The translations under genes were made by a program, and so were the position numbers. A stretch of DNA of 63,826 nt, filler included, from Octopus bimaculoides (lineage: Eukaryota): assembly GCF_001194135.2 (NCBI RefSeq). It is 6 parts of 4 records of this genome, joined end to end, with 100 filler letters (N's around TTAATTAATTAA, not from the genome) between each part and the next. Parts side by side here need not be neighbours in the genome. Positions count along the whole stretch, not along the records: positions 1 to 29,677 come from NC_068987.1; 5 more parts are not named here. The stretch is one strand, 5' to 3'. The notes under the pieces were generated by a model, which saw only the letters and a list, made by a program, of their open reading frames with translations, had not been told where the DNA came from and ran no database searches. Position 1 is the stretch's first letter; every line of letters begins with the position of its first letter. This document shows, piece after piece, positions 12,735-25,706 of the stretch.

Positions 12735-14524
12735 TATATGACCCAATATNNNNNNNNNNNNNNNNNNNNNNNNNNNNNNNNNNNNNNNNNNNNNNNNNNN
12801 NNNNNNNNNNNNNNNNNNNNNNNNNNNNNNTTGTTTCAATGTGAGCTGTCAGATATGCTCTTCAGTACACATTAAGCCACAAGAGTTCCATTAAGTTAAG
12901 AATGAAAGAACTTAAACAGTAGCTTTTGTTGTTTCTAATAAAATGTGTTACCTATCTATAATAAATCCATTGAAATTTATTAACAAATGTGATAATGCAT
13001 TAAAACACTACTAAGGTGCAAAAGCTGCAATTTGGAAATGTTTGATTTTTGGACACACACACCCCAATCAGTGGAATTGTTTTCATCTTTAGTCCAGTTG
13101 TCTTGGCCCAATCTATATGAGAAAAAGTTGAATGGTTAATTCTAAAACAAAGGCACTGATCCAAGATGCTATACAAATATAACCTTAGAACATGGAGATA
13201 CAAATATGCATGGTTGTTGTGTGGACTCTTCAGAGAAAATATTAACATTTCAAATAAGGATGTGCATTATCTGTTGGAAGATAGATAATGTTATTTCCTA
13301 TTCATAGCATCACCAAACAAACTTCCATTTATTGAATTCATGCTGATGTAAAAATTTTGATAATTGTTTAATAACTGCTTCAAGATTGAGAGAATATCTG
13401 CTCTGTATCATCTTAAGAAATTCCGAGAAATATTTTACAAGAAAAGACAAATTATATTTCTTTATGCAACCATTCTTCTGAGAAATAGATTATTTTTAGT
13501 TCTGCACATGAAAAAAATCTTTTTTTCTTTCTTTTTCATTTATTTATTTATTATTATTTCTTTTTTATGCTGCCCTCTCTTGAAATTTAGTCTGTTATTA
13601 ACTACTTAAAATATATATTTGTAATAGATACTGTAAATATAAATACTTTGATAAAAAGAGGATAAAAGTTATTCTTGGAACAATTTGCAAGTCATTTTGC
13701 ATTTTTGTTTTTCTCTAGCACAACTAAACTAATCCTAATCAATGGAAAAAGTAGGTTAGTTGCTGTAGCAAGAACAGTGTATATTGAAGTGATAGTGTGG
13801 TAGAAATTAGCAGCAGTGTTAGTGTTGTAAATAGATGGTAGCAGTAACAACAGTACAGGTGCAGTAAACGCAAGCTATGTAACTCAGTACGGAAGTTACT
13901 ATTTGCTTTCTACACAAATAACTAAGAAATGGTAATCTAGTGAAAATATATAACATTACAAACAGTAAACTATTATGGTACAGCAGTAAAAGTTTGAAGT
14001 AAATAAACAACAGGCACAACAAATACTAAATATTGTAGTGAAGTAGAGAATATCACTTTACTTCTGTGAAAGATAGAAGGCTTTTGATGTTGCAATCTGT
14101 AAAATTAAATGAAGACCAGAAGGTTTTTATTACAAAATGACAGTAGTTATATTAATCTCTAGGGTGCCAGCCTGTTTGGGTTGTGAGGTTAGAGAACAGT
14201 GTTGACAAGGTTGATCAAATACCAAATAACTGCTGTGATAGAGTTGTGTTACATATCCTGTAATTGGTGCAGCATTACTTTGAAGGGAGAAGACAAATGT
14301 CTCAATTGACATTAATTCAAACATTTTGATTTCAAATCAAAATCGCCAGTTTGAGCAGATCATGTAATGTCACCTAGCTGTCAAAAATAGGAAAGCAGAC
14401 ACCTATGAATACAGCTTGCAATAAATCTCATACTCAAGAGTTCAAATCTCATCCACTTCACACCATAAAAGATTGTTTACACTGAAGAGTCGTCTATATT
14501 GCAGACAGCTTGTCAGACTCTATT

Positions 14525-14670
14525 TGATGTGGTTGTGTGCTTGCTTTCCAACCATATAGTCTCCATTTCAGTTCCACAGCACAGAACATTTTGTCTTCAA
14601 CTATAGCCCCAGGTTGACCAAAGCCTTGTGAATAGATTTGGTAGATAGAAACTGAAAGAAGCCTGTCATT
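14525..14670 (+). mobile_element. tRNA-derived SINE (family B), decayed
   Basis: Similar to the full copy at 59153-59317 (gaccaaagccttgtga..gatttggtagat/cagaaactgaaagaagcc). Confidence 0.7.
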
Positions 14671-14739
14671 TATGTATATAGGTATATATATCATCATCAT
14701 TGTCGTTTAACATCCACCTTCTATGCCGATATGGGTGGT

Positions 14740-15433
14740 TGGTGATTTTAAATGTTTTGCCCGCTTACGTTTTGGTATCACGCTATATTTCATGTTGAGA
14801 ACAATTTAGGTCTTGTTAGACACAAGATGTGATCTATTTCTAGCACATTGAATGTCCACGTTAGTGGTCAACGTCATATATAAAAATGTACTTTAATCCC
14901 CTGAGATTGCAGATACTGTTTCTGAATCTCTTTGATTCTTTAAATGTGCTAGCTTCCTGGTAATTAATCGATATTAATTAATATATGATTTTTTGCCATT
15001 TTTTTGATAATATATTAACCCTTACCGAGTTCTCATACTGGATATATGCGACGCAGTAAATATTCTCTGCAGACATATTCCTGGAATTAGCGCGCCAAAA
15101 CGAAGACTTTTGAATTTTACCATTAAGCTGTAATTAACAGAACCAATTTCACGCGCACCTATGGCGGTGGGCAACTTTGTATGGAGTTCTGATGATTATG
15201 GTTCCATTACAAATCAGGCTGAACAGAAATAGACAGTCGGTAAGATTGTTAAATTTGAAACCGGTACCTGTTTAATAATGTTCCTTTTTGGTGATTTTAA
15301 ATGTCTTGCCCGCTTACGTTTTGGTATCCCACTATATTTCATGTTGAGAACAATTTAGGTCTTGTTAGACACACGATGTGATCTATTTCTAGCACATTGA
15401 ATGTCCACGTTAGTGGTCAACGTCATATATAAA
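14740..15433. repeat. About 145-bp direct repeats (14740-14883 and 15290-15433) enclosing a unique CpG-rich spacer
   Basis: ggtgattttaaatgt...gtggtcaacgtcatatataaa is present twice, nearly identical. Confidence 0.85.
15211..15274 (+). ncRNA. Degenerate type I hammerhead ribozyme motif
   Basis: cagg-CTGAACA-(stem II with gacagtc/gattgtt hairpin)-GAAA-CCGG-TA-cctg. Core G8 is replaced by C, so it is probably inactive. Confidence 0.5.
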
Positions 15434-15873
15434 GATATATATATATATACCACAGAATTTTATGTAGAGTTACCCAAGGTTTGCATCCACAAAGCCAAAG
15501 CCTTGTAGACAGCTCGCCAGACTCTATATGAATACAAAATTCTACAATATCTACATCGCAGACGTGAGGAAAAGCTCAGAACTCGATGAATATGAAAAAA
15601 TGTTAATGAGTACTGGTTATTTCTCCTTAATCAGAAGGGGAAAAAAAAACCTTCATAGACTTGGAGAGGCAGAATGAGCAAATGGGGAGATCCAATTTTC
15701 AAGAAAGTAGCGCTTAAAGTGGATACATTTAGAAAACACTTCTTTACAGCTTTGTGGGTGCAAAACCTTGGATAGCTCTAATTAAAATTTTGTTGTAATA
15801 ATTACTGCTCTATTTTTTAGAGTGTGCTTCTTTCTGATATATTTTTTTATTAACTATATATATATATATATAT

Positions 15874-16172
15874 ATAAATAAATGGAGTTAAACGCAGATG
15901 TTACTCAAATTCTTTTACTTCCGACACATGTTTCAAAGATATTATTGGTATTATTCCAAAGGAATAATAGTGTTCATTTCATCACCATACATTTCCATCA
16001 TATTCTGTTAAAATGTCTTAATGACGAGTTTTATTTCTTTATTTCCCTGAAGATAAGATTACATTGTTTTACACCATTTTATTCCTTTGGAATAATATCA
16101 ATGATATCTTCGAAACATGTGTCGGAAGTAAAAGAATTTGAATAACACCTGTGTTTAACTCCATTTATTTAT
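15874..16172. repeat. About 93-bp inverted repeats (15874-15967 and 16079-16172), Penelope pseudo-LTR-like
   Basis: aaataaatggagttaaac...ttccaaaggaataa mirrors ttattcctttggaa...gtttaactccatttattt. Flanked by (TA)n. Confidence 0.85.
16039..16131 (+). ncRNA. Type I hammerhead ribozyme motif with long stem II
   Basis: Stem I ttatttcc/ggaagtaa, core CTGAAGA, stem II aagat..cattg/caatg..atctt, then GAAA-C-ATGT-G-TC. Predicted cleavage after C16123. The first stem II pair is mismatched (T/C). Confidence 0.7.
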
Positions 16173-16328
16173 TTATATATATTATACAAAATATTTCACA
16201 TAAACCCAGAGTTTCTACCTTTAAAAACAAGGTGTCACGCCCTTTTTACTTGTGTGATGTTTTGCTACCCTGGTAACTGTTTATCTATTTTTTCCGTGTT
16301 AATTGTAAACAAGGGAAAAATACACACA

Positions 16329-16362
<34 letters not shown>

Positions 16363-16363
<1 letters not shown>

Positions 16364-17440
16364 TAGCAGAAACACCCAGCATTGCCTGGGTTAAAGAGAA
16401 TAATGAAATTTTAAAATGCCATCTAGATTACACAGGTTTCAACTGCTAGTAGCTGAGATATCAACTTTCTACATTGATAACTCTCCATCCCATGCCAGCA
16501 TGAAACATAGACGTTAAGTGAAATGTTAAAAGAAAGTTTTCAGCTCATATATGTATATAAAGTAAATACATGTAATTCAAAAACACATTTTGTGTAGCTT
16601 ATTTTGGAACCAAAAAACAGGTACAAATTATAAACAATGAAAGGCTGGTTTTGGTGATTCATTTGACGGAGGTAGTAGAGAACCAATCTGATGATAAATC
16701 TGACCTTGGATCTTGAAAGTTGTGGCTCCAAATAATGTCATCTGTAGTGTAGCATTGTATTGTCTAATTTTGTTTTGGAAGTGCTTGGAATCTTGGTCAG
16801 TTGATGTTAACAGTTTCTTCAATGGCTCTAGAGGTTGGGGGATTGCAGAGTGTTTAACCATTCCACCACTGCAGCACAGTGCAGGTGTCTCTCCAGGCCA
16901 CTTCTTTGCTTTACAATGTATGCACTCAGTTGAAATTGTACTAATGGAAACTCTAGTGTCATCTGCATAATGAACTGCTGGACCATAATTGAAAGCTGCT
17001 TCATAGAAGTTGTTTCTCTGAGCTGTTGCAACTGCTCTTTGTTCTGCAGTGGAGATCCTATTCCTTGTCAGCCATGCATACCTCTGTTCATCACTTTGAG
17101 ATGCTCTGGCTATTGTAGTGCACAGTCTGTTCGTTTCTTGCTATGCTTCCCTTTCTGCAGCTGTCTCTCCTTCCCTGGACAGAGACATTCTTTTGGCTGA
17201 CATTGACATTGTAGACAAATCTGATACTTTCCTTCTAGGCATGGTTATATACATATACAGAAATACACAGGTACAGAACATAGTAAACAATGAAAATAAC
17301 TGGGTAATGGAAATTATATTTCTTAATATGACGGGCAGAAAGTAAATAAGAAACAGAAAATAAAAAATTTTATGGGTTGAAGTGAAATTTGTCAGTGAAC
17401 CAAAGAGCCAGTATTGAAGGAACCAGAAAAAAGCCATTAA
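16363..17440 (-). mobile_element. Helitron remnant with intact 3' terminus
   Basis: C.HCKAKKWPGETPALCCSGG and KHFQNKIRQYNATLQMTLFG..TFKIQGQIYHQIGSLLP (RepHel N-terminal region). 3' hairpin acccaggcaatgctgggt followed by CTAG, ending in (TA)n. Confidence 0.85.
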
Positions 17441-17990
17441 CAACAGAAAAACACAAAACCGTTACAAAAGTAAATTAAAAATTTTTAGGGAAATTAACTA
17501 AGTGTACAGATTTAAGTGAAATTTTTGAAGTTACTTCTGTCAGTAAATTATGAACTTACTTTTATCAGTAATTCCGTCAACAACAAAAAAACACAAAACA
17601 TTGCGAAAGTAAATAAGAAATTTAACTAAGTGTACAGATTAAAGTGAAATTTATGAAGTTATTTCTGTCAGTAAATTATGTATGAAATTACTTTCATCAG
17701 TAATTGTGAACTTCTTTCTACATTTTAACAATTTCTTTTTATTTAGTGTACTCTCCCATATCTGTCATAATGATGCATCATATGAATATATTGAAAGGAT
17801 CTTAATACCTATGTTGTTCAGCATGTCGTTATGTTCAATCCTTAGTATGCTGATGGAGCACCAACATAGGTTTCTTACTCAAAAATGTTCTTTCATTCTT
17901 TCTGCCAAACTTCTGGCAGTCTCCCTAATGTATGCTGTGGTCAATTTCTTACACTTGCTCTCCACAGATTTTAAGTGATAAACTATATTT
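17440..17990 (-). mobile_element. Penelope-like GIY-YIG 3' fragment plus duplicated tail
   Basis: AYIRETARSLAERMKEH (decayed YIGET). The tail segment aagtgtacagattt/aaagtgaaattt...ctgtcagtaaattatg is repeated at about 17500 and 17628. Confidence 0.65.
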
Positions 17991-19710
17991 CTTGTTTTAC
18001 AGTTAATACTAGGATTAGTTATACATACAATATAGTTCCTATTTGCACATGTGTCCCTATTAAAAGGGTTGTTCTACTTATCTGCGACCTAATGGATTTT
18101 CCTGCTTTCTCTGTCACCTTAATTCAAAGTTTAGCATGACTAAGAGCTTTCCTAAATCTACAAACTAATTCTCCATTTGGTATAGCATCTTTAAACATTC
18201 ATCCTTACAAACTACAAAGCTGATTAACTGAACAATTAATCAAACAAGCAATTAGTTAATTGGTTTAAATAGTTAATCAATTGACAAATAATAAAGAAGT
18301 GAAACAGAACTTGTGCATATGTTTATTACTGGCATGATGATCTGCCCAAGATACAGCAAAATCTGTTTCAATACACAAGTCCACATCAAGAATCTTGCAA
18401 AGTAAATACGAAAATAAAAAATATATACACATGTAACTGTGTGCATATGTGTTCACTTGTCTTGACATTGTGTGATATTTGTAAATAAGCACCATTGTCA
18501 TACTATGTTGTTCATTTCCAGTCTTTCATTAAAGCATGTCTTGCCATAGGAAATATTACTTTCCTTGGAAAAAAGGGAGTGTCAGCAAGAGGAAGGTCAT
18601 CTGGACATAGAAACTCTGCCTTAATAATTTCTGTCTGACCCATGCAAACAAGGAAAAATAGACATTAAACAACAATGATGATGAGGAGGAGGAGAAGAAT
18701 GGTATGTGGTTGTCCAAAACAATAATCAACAGCCCAATCCATTTAGTTGTAAGTATGGACCACAAAGTCTTTCCACTGTAAACAGCAACATTGTCAAATT
18801 TACAAAGACTCTATTGGCACACTTAGCCAAGTTTGACTATTCTTAAAGAATGAGATTTTAATAGAAGTACTGCAAATATATTTCAATACATAAGTTGTCC
18901 CTTCAATTCTACCACTATCACTTTAGAGTGGACAAAAAACATATTGGCCAGGGAGTACCATGGATAATTTCCAGAAGTCCTTAGCCTAGAAGTGCAACTG
19001 AGGGGTGTTACTGGTTGGAGATAAAATCTACGGATACAGATGTGCTGTCAGATAGGCTTGTCCAAGGTGCATGCAGAGTGATGTAACTGTTCTGCATGCA
19101 TTTGTTTAATGCTGACTTGTGGAGTTATGTTGAACAGCTGCTATCCAAGTGGGACATATCTATCCATTTCCTAAGTACATAGTGATGACTGCCCTGCTGC
19201 TCTCTTTTAATCAAGCAGGTACAGCAGTTTTCCTTTGTCTGATGGACGAGGCTGAAAGGAATAAGGACAGAGACGTTCCTCTTTAGTAAAACCCTTGTCG
19301 TTTTCAAGTTTTCCTTAAAAAGGAAAGTGACAGAGGTGCTGTCCTCAAATGAATTTATTGAAGTGTGGGTGCAAGTTGCAAAAATGGCAAGAGTGGATGG
19401 CACTACTCTAAGTATAATCCTGTGAGCTGAAAAAAAAATGGAACTAGAGAGGGCTCTTACCATTGGTGTTCAGTGAGATCTGAGATGGTGGGGTCCCTTG
19501 ATTGTATCAGGACTACATCACTATCACCTTTTTTGTTTGTTTAATATCTATACTATATATACTTCCTTTGTTTTTATTGTATATTGTGTATACTGTCAAC
19601 CTTTTTATTTTCTAATCATTCTATTCTATATAACTTTTTCACACATTTTATGTTTTCACTGTATTTTCTCCTTCATCTATCACCCAGCTGGTAAATAAAA
19701 ATCCTCATCA

Positions 19711-19751
<41 letters not shown>

Positions 19752-19862
19752 GAGAGAGCAGTGCATGTCATCAAAGTGACACTGGAATACACTCCCCCAA
19801 AATTTCAAGCCTTCTGCCTATAGTAGAAAGGATTATTATTATTATTATTATTATTATTACAG

Positions 19863-20330
19863 TAAGGTGGCAAGCTGGCAGAATCATTAGCACGCTGGGG
19901 AAAATGCTTGGCAGTATTTTGTCTGTCTTCACATTCTGAGTTCAAATTCTGCCAAGGTCAACTTTGCCTTTCATCCTTTCGAGGTCGATAAATTAAGTAC
20001 CACTTACATACTGAAGTCGATCTAATTGACTGGCTCCCCTCCCTAAAAGTTTTGGGCCTTGTGCCTAGAGTAGAAAAAAAAGAAATTATAAATATTACTA
20101 TTATTATTATTGTGAGGCAGCAAGCTAGCAGAATCATTAGCACACTGGGCAAAATGCTCAGAGGCATTTCATCCATTTTCACATTCTGAGATCAAATTAC
20201 ACCAAGGTTGATTTTGCTTTTCATCCTTTCTGGATCGATAAAATAAGTATCAATTAAGCACTTGGGTCGATGTAATCAACTTACACCTTCCCCTGAAATT
20301 ACTGGCCTTATATCAAAATTTGAAATTATC
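19863..20330 (+). mobile_element. Two tandem tRNA-derived SINEs (family A) separated by (ATT)n
   Basis: gg(c/t)ggcaagctggcagaatcattagc...gagttcaaatt..ggtcaactttgcctttcatcctttc..ggtcgataaa. Confidence 0.85.
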
Positions 20331-20366
20331 ATCATCATCATTATGATTATCATAATTATTATTATT

Positions 20367-20622
20367 GTTCAGTAGTTTTATTTTTATAACGCGCTTTCAC
20401 TTCACTACCGAGCGCAGCTCTGTGTGCCTTGGGTATGTGCTGTGGTTTGCTGGGATGCTCTTATAGTTACTGTATTGAAAGTGTTTTGCGTAGGATGTGT
20501 GCAGTGCCCAGTAGTGCAATTTTCTGTATGTTATATATATTTGTAAGTCCTGGTGTTTTTGTTATGTATTTGTCTGAATATTTTTTTATTATACCTAAGG
20601 CACCTACTATGATAGGAATTAT
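20367..20622 (-). mobile_element. RLE-type (R4/Dong-like) non-LTR retrotransposon, short 3' end, family 2
   Basis: PIIVGALGIIKK...IQKIALLGTAHILRKTLSIQ*, bounded by (TAA)n on both sides. Confidence 0.8.
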
Positions 20623-20644
20623 TATTATTATTATTATTATTATT

Positions 20645-22050
20645 ACAGACATCACACAGTACACAATATCATGAGGTTGTTGATTGAAGATATTGTGTCT
20701 ACTGGGAGTGTGTACTATTTGTCAAGTCACAACAAGGACCTCAGACAGACAGTACTTTATGCAATATGCGTGCAGTTCCAAATAATGCCAACTTTTGCAC
20801 TACATCTAGATTGTAGGGTATTTTGAAGATTTTCAGATGTTTTCTCAGATTGGGTGGTATTGAACTCAATGCTCCGATGACAATAGGGATAACCTTTATG
20901 TTCAACTCTTGTAGCTGCGACATCTTAGCAATCTTAATTCTCAGGTCTCCATATTTATCAACTTTTTCCCCTTTCTTTCATGATGATACGTTGAACTCCT
21001 GGTACTACTATGTCAATTATTAGGCATGCTTGTTTGTCCCTCCTAAAGGTTACTATATCCGGCCTTCGGTGCTCTAAACCTTTGTCTGTCTGGAAATCAA
21101 AGTCCCAGAGGATTTTTGCCTTCCCCTTTTCATCCATTACCTTTTCCGGTGTATGTTGGTTACCAAACACCCGTAACCTCATATCCACACTTACGGCATA
21201 GTAGCCAGTGGAGGTTTTGGGCTACTTTGTCGTGTCTATGCTTGTACTCTTTCTGAGCAAGACTTTCACAAGCACTAACAATGTGAGTCACACTCTCGAC
21301 GACTTCTCACACATTCTGCAGAGATCCGATGCACTTGTGTGATATATATTCTTTTTCACTGAGTTGGTATTCAATGCCTGGTCCTGGGCATTCAGTATTC
21401 TTTTTTAGGTCACCTTTGTTGAGCCACCTCCATGATGCTTCCTGGTCTTTTAATTTGTTGGCCTCACAGTGGAACTGACCATGTAATTCCATACAGAGTA
21501 GGGTTTCTTCTCTCTCGTTGGCTGTTCTTGTTCAGAATTTATGAGCACTCTCAAGTCTATTTTTGTTAACTCCTTCTGCACTAGCAGCATACTGTAGCAG
21601 GTCTTCTTTGCTGTTTACCAAATATTCTGCCATGATTCTTCTTTCACTGTTGATGCACTCCCGTACACTAATCAGCCCATGTCCACCCTTACACCTCTTC
21701 ATGTAGAGCCTGTGTATATTTGCCTTAGGGTGGAGAGCACTATGCATTGTCATTGTCTTTCAGGTAGTGCAATCGAGTTGGTCAGTCTCTGCTCATGTCT
21801 GTTTCAGGATGGGTGCACTATAGTCGACTACAGCAACAGCCCATAAGTCGATGGCAGTCACAAGGTTCCTTGAATTGAGCTTCAGTTTCAAGAGATGTTT
21901 GAGGCGTTTGAAATATGCAGTGGTGACTTTGTCTTTCATTTCTCTGTGCAAGATATTGTCCAGCTCCAGGATCCCAAGGTACTTTTAAGTGTTCATCATC
22001 CGGGTCTTCCATTCTCTCTCCATTTGGCAATTCTATAAAACCTGTTTCCA
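20645..22050 (-). mobile_element. RLE-type (R4/Dong-like) non-LTR retrotransposon, 5'-truncated
   Basis: IELPNGERMEDP..YLGILELD, LHPKANIHRLYMKR, WRWLNKGDLKK, ILWDFDFQTDKGLEHRRPDIVTF..LIIDIVVP (PD..D nuclease motif), PIVIGAL, LALFGTARILHKVL. Confidence 0.88.
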
Positions 22051-22294
22051 GAGGTGAATTATTCAAACCCCAAAGAGTTCCTCTTAACACATGACTACGA
22101 TGTTCCCCCACTACTCCTGCTTGTGATCAGAGATGGATCCACTCAGAGACATGATCAACTAGTTACAGTCAAGCAACTGACGAGCAAATCTGTAGTGTTG
22201 GGCCGCATATTTGTTGTAGCCCATCTTTTACACCAAGACAAAACATATACATGATAACACTTCCAACCAGTTGAGACCAGAAGCCATGAGACCC

Positions 22295-22427
<133 letters not shown>

Positions 22428-22649
22428 TAACTCAGGTTTTGTTGAAATTCATGGGATCTTGCATGAGTTGTTCCTCTTCTTTCAATTTTGCTACCATTTC
22501 TTGCTGAGTGTCTTACCAAGTCCAAGGGTAAAGAAATTCCTTGTATACATTGCTAGGCCATTAAACTAAACACACCAAATTGTTCATTTTCAAAATGAAA
22601 TGATGTTATATGAAAAAAAATACATGGGTAGTAATTGTTATTATTACCA

Positions 22650-23835
22650 TTATTATTCTTATTTAAGACATCACACGGTATCCAATATCGAGATGTTGTT
22701 GATTGAAAATATTGTGTCTAGGGGAGGAGAGTACTGTCTGTCAAGTCACAGTAAGGACCTCAGACTGACAATATTTTACACAATATGTGTGCAGTTCCAA
22801 GTAATGCTGATTTTTGCAATAAACCTTGAGTGTAGGGGATTTTGAAAGTTTCCAGATGTTTCTTCAGGTTGGGTGGTATTGAACCCAATGCTAATGACAA
22901 TAGGGACAACCTTTATGTTTGACTCTTGTAGCTGCCACATCTTGGTGATCTCAATTCTCAGGTCTCCATATTTATCAATCCATTCTCTTGCTTCCATGCC
23001 TGCACTTATACTCTCTCTGCACAAGACTTTCACAAGCACTAACAATGTGAGTCATGCTTTTGGCCATCTTCCCACACATTCTGCAGAGGTTCATAGCACT
23101 TGTGTGGTATATATCCTTTTTCACTGAGTTGGTATTCAATGTCTGATCCTGGGTAGTGAGAATTAGGCTTTCAGTCTTCTTTTTTAGGTCACCCTTGCTA
23201 AGCCACCTCCATGATGCTCCCTGGTCTTTTAATTTGTTAGTTTCATGGTGGAAGTGATCATGTAAATCCATGCAAAGTAGAGTTTCTTCTCTCATTGGCT
23301 ATTCATGATCAGAATTCATTAGCACTTTCAAGTCCATTTTTGGTAAATCCTTCTGCATTAGCAGTATTCTGTAGCAGGTCTTGTTTGCTGCTTACAAAAT
23401 ATTCTGCCATGTTTCTTCTTTCACTGTTGATTCACTCCCGTACGCTAATCAGTTCACATCCACCTTTACACCTTTTCATGTAGAGCCTTTATATGTTCAC
23501 CTTAGAGTGAAGGGCACCATGCACTGTCATCGTTGTTCGAGTAGTGTGAGCAAGTTGGTTAATCTCTGCTCATGTCTATTTCAGGATGGGTGCACTATAG
23601 TCGACTACAGCAACAGCCCATAAGTTGATGGCAGACACAAGGTTCCTTGAGTTGAGTTTTGATTTCAAGAGAAGTTTGAGGGACTTCAAATATTCAGTGA
23701 TGTACTTGTCTTTCATTTCTCTGTGCAAGATATTGTCCAGCTCCATGATCCCAAGGTACTTGTACCCATCATCATTCGGGTCATCCATTCTCTCTCTGTT
23801 TGGCAATTCTATGCCCTTACAATCTGCTTCTTTCC
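22650..23835 (-). mobile_element. RLE-type (R4/Dong-like) retrotransposon, 5'-truncated, nuclease region deleted
   Basis: KGIELPNRERMDDPNDDGYKYLGI, CRMCGKMAKSMTHIVSAC (CCHC), then a jump directly to WIDKYGDLRIEITKMW. (TAA)n-type repeat at the 5' flank. Confidence 0.88.
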
Positions 23836-23870
23836 CCAATTATTATTATTATTATTATTACCATCAGTAA

Positions 23871-24195
23871 GGGTGCGTGGCTCAGTGGTTAGAGTATCGA
23901 GCTTACGATCGTGATGTTGTGAGTTCGATTCCCGGAACGGGCTGCATGTTGTGTTCTTGAGCAAGACACTTTATTTCACGTTGTTCCAGTTCACTCAGCT
24001 GTAGAAAGGAGTTGCAACGTCACTGGTGCCAAGCTGTATCGGCCTTTGCCTTTCCCTTGGATAACATCAGTGGTGTGGAGAGGGGAGGCTGGTATGCATG
24101 GGTGACTGTTGGCCTTCCATAAACAACTTTGCCCGGACTTGTGCCTGGGAGGGTAACTTTCTAGGTGCAATCCCATGGTCATTCATAACTGAAGG
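23871..24195 (+). mobile_element. tRNA-derived SINE (third family), well preserved
   Basis: A box tggctcagtgg, B box gagttcgattccc, body gtgttcttgagcaagacactttat, ending in an (ATT)n tail. Confidence 0.85.
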
Positions 24196-24220
24196 GCGTC
24201 TCCTCCTCCTCCTTCTACCT

Positions 24221-24257
<37 letters not shown>

Positions 24258-24679
24258 CATTATTTTACACTGTTTGTTTTATTATTGTTGTTGTTATTAT
24301 TATTATTTCTTAATTAGTTACACCATTTTTCTTTTTGTTTCATTAGAATGATGTAAAAAGAAAACTGCAAATCCTATGGGAGTCATAAGACAAGCTTATG
24401 TTTCTCTTGAACAAATGTAAGTCAACAGCTACATGAAAAAAAGTGCGCAGGTAAGGAATTCCACAGGGAAACTATTTAGGGAGGAAGGATTGGGCATGAA
24501 TGTGATTTTTCACACCACACATCAATCACCCTAGGACTTTATGAAATACAGAATAGATCAAGAAATGAAATGATAGTGAGACATTTGTACATTACTGGAC
24601 TTAAGTAACAAAAGAGATACTCAGAACTACTTGAAAGGATTCAGCAGGTGAGCACTTAATTCTGGTCTCTCTACTATTG

Positions 24680-24732
24680 AGAGAGAGGGGGGAGAGAGGG
24701 GGGGAGAGAGAGGGGAGAGAGGGCTAGAGAGA

Positions 24733-24796
<64 letters not shown>
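24680..24796. repeat. (GA)n microsatellite
   Basis: Direct reading. Confidence 0.95.
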
Positions 24797-24799
<3 letters not shown>

Positions 24800-25706
24800 T
24801 TTCTGATAGGATGCTTGTGGATCACAAGTAACACTCCACTCTACAAGAAAAGCTTAACAGAGGACTGTAAACCAATGAAACACCAGTCAATTTGACAGTA
24901 TTTACTACTGTTGGTAATAGTAAACTATACCAACTAGTAGTACTTAACTATAGCTAGATGGTGCAAATGAGACCTAACTGTTTCAACTATGGTCAAAGTG
25001 TAGCATCAGTGATAGAATAGAAAGTGCTGAATCTACTCAGTTGATTGACCAATGTTTATTAACTCAGCTTTCAAGCCATTTGACTAAATCGTGTTCATCA
25101 TCTCAACAGAGACAATATAATGAGAAATCCTTTTTAACAAATGCAACAAAAAAGTGAAGATTAAAAGAGATATTTTTTAAATAAGTACCTCTGGCTAGGT
25201 AACCATGTATCTCCTTTACAGCAGCACACCTCTTTCTTAACTCTTCCTCTCTTTCTAGGTGACCATGTTCCTCCTCTTCAACAGTACACCTATTCTGCCC
25301 TCATTCTTCTTAACTTTTGCTCTCTTTCTCTCACTCTCTTCCTCTCTCTCTCTCTCATATACTCTGTATGAGTAATCATGTACCTGCTCTACAGCAAGAC
25401 ATCTGTTTCTATCTCTCTGTCACACTCTAACCTTTCATCATCTCACACAAGATCACTTCCTCCGGTGTCCCCTTCCCTCTTCCACACAATCTGTCTTAGG
25501 AACAATGAATAACAAAACAAAATATCAAAGAAAAAATGTCTAGCTAGACAAATAATACACTCTGCCAAAAGCAAGGACAATAAGAAACTCTCTATTATTG
25601 TATTACTTTGTATTTATTTGATCTTTTAACACAAACATGGCTAATTACGTAGCAATCAGTCAATCTATTCAAGAAATTATCAAAAACCTACAAAATTTAT
25701 ACTTAC

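Noticed and set aside
19207-19313. Minus-strand exon-like ORF (KLENDKGFTKEERLCPYSFQPRPSDK...) phase-compatible with the 34776 exon
   Set aside because: The true CDC14 exon 2 lies between them. This segment has no CDC14 similarity and no good donor.
23871-23945. tRNA-like sequence with A and B boxes
   Set aside because: It continues into a SINE body with no acceptor-stem closure, so it is a SINE head rather than a tRNA gene.
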